Shown here: piece by piece, positions 5,258 to 8,718 of the stretch
Position numbering within the stretch: the first letter of the stretch is position 1
Layout: each line of letters opens with the position of its first letter
Assembly: GCA_054661495.1 (NCBI GenBank)
Contig: BAAFSQ010000369.1
Span: forward strand, 1-8,718
Length of the DNA stretch: 8,718 bases
Origin: Zygophlyctis sp. KS116
Lineage: Eukaryota; Fungi; Chytridiomycota
Reading direction: 5' to 3'
The notes under the pieces: model-generated
Database searches by the model: none
Told to the model about the DNA's origin: nothing
Seen by the model: the letters and a program-made list of their open reading frames with translations, nothing else
Program-made: the position numbers and the translations under genes

Positions 5258-8023
5258 TCATCCCCCCTTCCAAAGTCTTAAGTTCTGACCAGATGGCAAC
5301 TGTCGATGAGTTGCAAAATGAAATTTCAAAACACTACTAGTAGAAATGTGGGAAATCTGATGCTGAGAAGAAGGCGTAGAAAAATCTTCTCGAGTTTTGA
5401 AAGGAGCAAGATGGTTAGCATTAACTGGGTGTGGCAAAACTGTACCATCCGTCCGTTTTAATTTATAAGAGTCATTTGGAAGGACTTCATGAATAATAAA
5501 TGGCCCTTTCCAACGGCTTTCAAGCTGAGGAATCATCATACTTGGCAACCTTTGCCTGATCAATTTGACGAATTCACCCTCTTTAAACCGATTTGAACGG
5601 ATTGCATGCGCCCCATCATAAGAATTCTTCATTTTACTAGCTTCGGCATTCGCTCTAAATAAGGCAGCCGCTCGACTTTGGCCAAGGAGATCCAGCTCGC
5701 GAGCAGTGTACAAGTGTCTATCATTTTCATTAGAGTAATCAAATAGTCTTGGAGGAACATCGTCAGAAAACATGCGAGGAGAAACCCCATGTGCTAGATA
5801 GAAAGGAGTGAAACCAATAGAGGAGTGGTCTCTGATATTGACGTTGAAAACGGCCTGGTCCAAGAATAAATCCCATTTCTCTGGTATGTCCTGAGAGCAC
5901 ATTTTACGGAGCACTGATTTGAGAGTCCCAATCGTGCGTTCAACCAACCCATTAGTTTCAGGGTGATATGCTGAGGTCTGGCTATGCTCAATGCCCTGAG
6001 CTCGACAATAAGCATGGAATTCGTGAATGAAGCAAGATCCCCGGTCCGTGACAACTCGGTATGGGACACCAAAACGGGAACTAAGAGTATGGATGAATGC
6101 CAAAACTGAATCAACATCCCTATTAGATAAAGCCGAAGCCACTGTATAACGAGTAGTGCGATCAACCGCTACCAAGATCTGTTTGTTACCATGTGTGGTC
6201 TCGGGTAAGTCCTGAATAAAGTCAAGATGCCAAGTATGAAATGGTATACCAGGGTTTGGTAGGGGGTGCATGGGGTGGCGAATTAGTCTGGTGGCATTGT
6301 TGTTAAGTTGGCAAACAGAGCAGTCCTTACAAAAGTTTAGATAATCTGTGTACATTCCCGGCCACCAATACCTGGCAGTCAACGACTTATATGTAGCCTT
6401 GTGGCTCAAATGACCCAGAACTTCATGAGTCGCTTGCATTTTAGCCTGTCGGAACGTAGATATAAGATACGGAACAGCTATATCCTGCTTATTAATCTTG
6501 ATTTTTCTATAGAGACTACCATGCAAAACTTGAAAATGATATTTCTCCTTACGTAAGCGTTTTTTAAAATGTGTAGGGAGGGAATCCGGCATAGTAGACG
6601 TACGTATGTATTGAAACATAAAAATTGGGTACGTCCTTAAAGTCGTCAAAGAAGGATCATTCAGTGCCTTTACTTCATCAGATGAGTTTAACGGTTCCTG
6701 ACCCGGCTCTTCGTCACGAGAAGAATGCTGAGTTGTCTGAGTAGCAGGAGATTCTTGAGAGTGGGGGTTGTTAGCATCTATAGCTCTAATAAACAATTCC
6801 GCCGGTAGTACTACGCCCGAGCGATGAAATTTCTCTTTCAGATCTGCTCGGCGGGATAAGGCGTCAGCCACAATATTATCAGCTCCCTTTATATGTTGGA
6901 TTTGAAAATTATAGTCAGCCAGTAGTTCTTGCCAGCGGGCTTGGCGGTGGTTGAGCTTCTGACTGAGACGAAAGTAAGATAAATTCTGATGATCAGAATA
7001 TATCATAATAGGCTTGACCGTATCAACCAGTAAGTGACGCCAATAAACAAGGGCTTCTTTAATAGCTAGGAGTTCCTTGTCATACACTGGATAATGGGAT
7101 TCAGTATCTAAGAGTTTCCGAGAGAAAAAACCCACTGGGCGTAAGCTGGTACCGTTCATTTGATGCAGAGCGGCCCCAACGGCAAAGTCTGAGGCGTCAC
7201 AAAATAAAATGAAAATGAATTCTTTAGTTCTATCCGGAAGATCCAATATCATGCCCTGAGAGAACATACTTTTGAGCAAATTAAAGGACTTATCACAGGC
7301 TGTTGACCACTCGTATTTAACTGACTTTTTTAGCAAGCGAAGCAGAGGTAACAATATATCAGTGTAGCAGGGTAAAAAGGCTCTATAATAGTTGCAAATG
7401 CCCAAAAACGACTGTAACTGTCTCACATTCTTAGGAACAGGAAACTCTACAATGTTTTGAACCTTGGCGTGTTGCATGTGTAATCCATCCTGCTTCAAGT
7501 CATAGCCTAAGAAATCAACTTCAGGAACTAAGAACACGCATTTTTGTGGGTTAGCAATCAAGTGATGGTCTCTCAGCCGGATGCAAATTTCCAGTACAAG
7601 CTCTTTGTGACGTGCCAGATTGCGTTCATATATTAAGATATCGTCGAGATAAACCCACATTCCACGTCCAATCAAATCATGAAAAATCTTGCTCATCGTA
7701 TCCTGGAAGAACCCAGGAGCATTACGGAGGCCGAAAGGAACTACCTTATACTGATATTTACCGAATTTAGTGGCAAATGAAGTTAGCGGTTCCTTCCCTT
7801 CCTTGATTCGTAGCAAATTAAAGGCACCCTTGAGATCAATCTTAGAATATAGTGGTCGAGCGGATGAGTGGTCAGAGAGAGAGGATAGGATATCATCGAT
7901 GTTCGGCAATATAGCTTGGACCGGCTTAGTGATCAGATTCAAGCGCCGGTAATCAACACAAAGTCTAAGGGAACCGTCGCCTTTTTTAGCAAATAAAACG
8001 GGGCAAGCGGCAAAAGAGGACGA
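5258..8023 (-). CDS. pol: RT-RNase H-integrase of element B pol (open for 921 codons, disconnected from PR by a 1-bp frameshift)
   Basis: The frame extends upstream of the track's 7942 start as SSSFAACPVLFAKKGDGSLRLCVDYRRLN. Then IDLKGAFN, PFGLRNAP, YLDD (7651-7640), CDASDFAVG, YDKELLAI, ADALSR, HEVLGH...CSVC, WHLDF, VTDRG, NGLVER, WKGPF. Confidence 0.95.
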   Translation of the reverse strand, partial: SSSFAACPVLFAKKGDGSLRLCVDYRRLNLITKPVQAILPNIDDILSSLSDHSSARPLYSKIDLKGAFNLLRIKEGKEPLTSFATKFGKYQYKVVPFGLRNAPGFFQDTMSKIFHDLIGRGMWVYLDDILIYERNLARHKELVLEICIRLRDHHLIANPQKCVFLVPEVDFLGYDLKQDGLHMQHAKVQNIVEFPVPKNVRQLQSFLGICNYYRAFLPCYTDILLPLLRLLKKSVKYEWSTACDKSFNLLKSMFSQGMILDLPDRTKEFIFILFCDASDFAVGAALHQMNGTSLRPVGFFSRKLLDTESHYPVYDKELLAIKEALVYWRHLLVDTVKPIMIYSDHQNLSYFRLSQKLNHRQARWQELLADYNFQIQHIKGADNIVADALSRRADLKEKFHRSGVVLPAELFIRAIDANNPHSQESPATQTTQHSSRDEEPGQEPLNSSDEVKALNDPSLTTLRTYPIFMFQYIRTSTMPDSLPTHFKKRLRKEKYHFQVLHGSLYRKIKINKQDIAVPYLISTFRQAKMQATHEVLGHLSHKATYKSLTARYWWPGMYTDYLNFCKDCSVCQLNNNATRLIRHPMHPLPNPGIPFHTWHLDFIQDLPETTHGNKQILVAVDRTTRYTVASALSNRDVDSVLAFIHTLSSRFGVPYRVVTDRGSCFIHEFHAYCRAQGIEHSQTSAYHPETNGLVERTIGTLKSVLRKMCSQDIPEKWDLFLDQAVFNVNIRDHSSIGFTPFYLAHGVSPRMFSDDVPPRLFDYSNENDRHLYTARELDLLGQSRAAALFRANAEASKMKNSYDGAHAIRSNRFKEGEFVKLIRQRLPSMMIPQLESRWKGPFIIHEVLPNDSYKLKRTDGTVLPHPVNANHLAPFKTREDFSTPSSQHQISHISTSSVLKFHFATHRQLPSGQNLRLWKGG
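5261..5271 (-). other. Polypurine tract of element B
   Basis: Minus strand GGAAGGGGGGA, then TGA (also the pol stop codon, 5260-5258), then TGTTAG. Confidence 0.9.
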
Positions 8024-8661
8024 GGGACTATTTTTCCAGATTTTAGTCCCTCGTCTATTTCTTGTCTTAGAGCGAGCTCCTCCTTGAGAGATAATTTATA
8101 TATGGGAGAGCTCGTCAAGGGGGTAGCATCTGCAACTAACTCGATGTCCATAGCCTTTGCTGGATCATAGGGGGGTAATTGTTGGCAGCGGCTGATATCA
8201 AACACTGATTCAAAACCTTTTAAAAACGAAGGAAGCTTGAAGTCATCTTGGGTTATTGAATTTAAGTGAGTTGACACTGAAGAGCGGGAGTTGAATTTAA
8301 AACGAACCCATGCTTCCCTAGGAACTAACTGAGATGACCGACAATCCACCAGCAGATTATTATCTTTCAAAAATTGGAATCCTAATATGATTTCAGAGCT
8401 AAGGTGATCACAGATCAAGAACTGAGATTTAAATGTCAAGGACCCCAGCGAGAAACTGATAAGTTGCGTCTCTTGCGAAACAGTGTCAGTTATCGCGCCT
8501 GAGAATGATTTAAGTACAATCTCTGGACAGTTTAAGAGTTCCAAGCCTAAGTCATTTGCCACACTCCTACGCATGAAAGCCATCCCAGACGCACCAGTAT
8601 CAATTAAGGCAGGGGTAGGTTGAGATGAAGTTTGAAAGAAATGTTGAAATATAATCAAAAG
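8024..8661 (-). pseudogene. Aspartic protease and pre-RT segment of element B pol
   Basis: ALIDTGAS (DTG at 8601-8593), IILGFQFL, LPPYD...MDIEL, IYKLS..E...LRQEIDEGLKSGKIVP. Bounded by in-frame TAA at 8664-8662 and by the frameshift near 8024. Confidence 0.9.
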
Positions 8662-8718
8662 TTATTTGCAACAAAATTTGCGCGGAACGCGAAATTCTCC
8701 GAACTCAAAGACTGGCTG

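Larger units (their letters stand above)
13..8718 (-). mobile_element. Ty3/Gypsy LTR retrotransposon (element B), 3' portion; 3' LTR interrupted by element A; 5' end outside the window
   Basis: PR-RT-RH-IN on the minus strand, PPT at 5271-5261, LTR start TGTTAG at 5257, and matching inverted terminus CTAACA ending at 13. Confidence 0.93.

Noticed and set aside
4700-5400. env-like or extra ORF, or a complete chromodomain, after either integrase
   Set aside because: Both pol frames run right up to the PPT/LTR, leaving no room, and no YLVKW-type chromodomain core is present.
150-8718. Repeat-induced point mutation (RIP)
   Set aside because: Long frames are free of nonsense codons and the LTRs differ by just one transition and one transversion. 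The lesions are indels.

Overview
Eukaryotic DNA (probably fungal; an inference) made almost entirely of two nested Ty3/Gypsy (Metaviridae) LTR retrotransposons. Element A (150-5110, + strand) is full length. It has 247-bp TG...CA LTRs differing at only 2 positions, a 4-bp AAAT target-site duplication, a polypurine tract, and one gag-PR-RT-RNaseH-IN reading frame now broken by two small deletions (about 10 bp and 2 bp). Element A inserted, in opposite orientation, into the middle of the 3' LTR of element B (- strand). B's split LTR can be rebuilt from 5257-5115 plus 149-13 (about 280 bp, TGTTAG...CTAACA termini). B's PR-RT-RH-IN occupies 8661-5258 with one frameshift; its gag and 5' LTR lie beyond the window. 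The most interesting signals are: (i) element A has no tRNA primer-binding site but shows LTR/leader complementarity resembling Tf1-type self-priming; (ii) the nested insertion is centred on a near-palindrome; (iii) both elements pair a Tf1/sushi-like RT-RNaseH with an integrase that looks non-chromoviral and lacks a chromodomain; (iv) B's LTR has a perfect heat-shock element and long-range self-complementarity. I see no host gene, RNA gene or CRISPR array, and no evidence for a wholly new class of system beyond these retroelement features.
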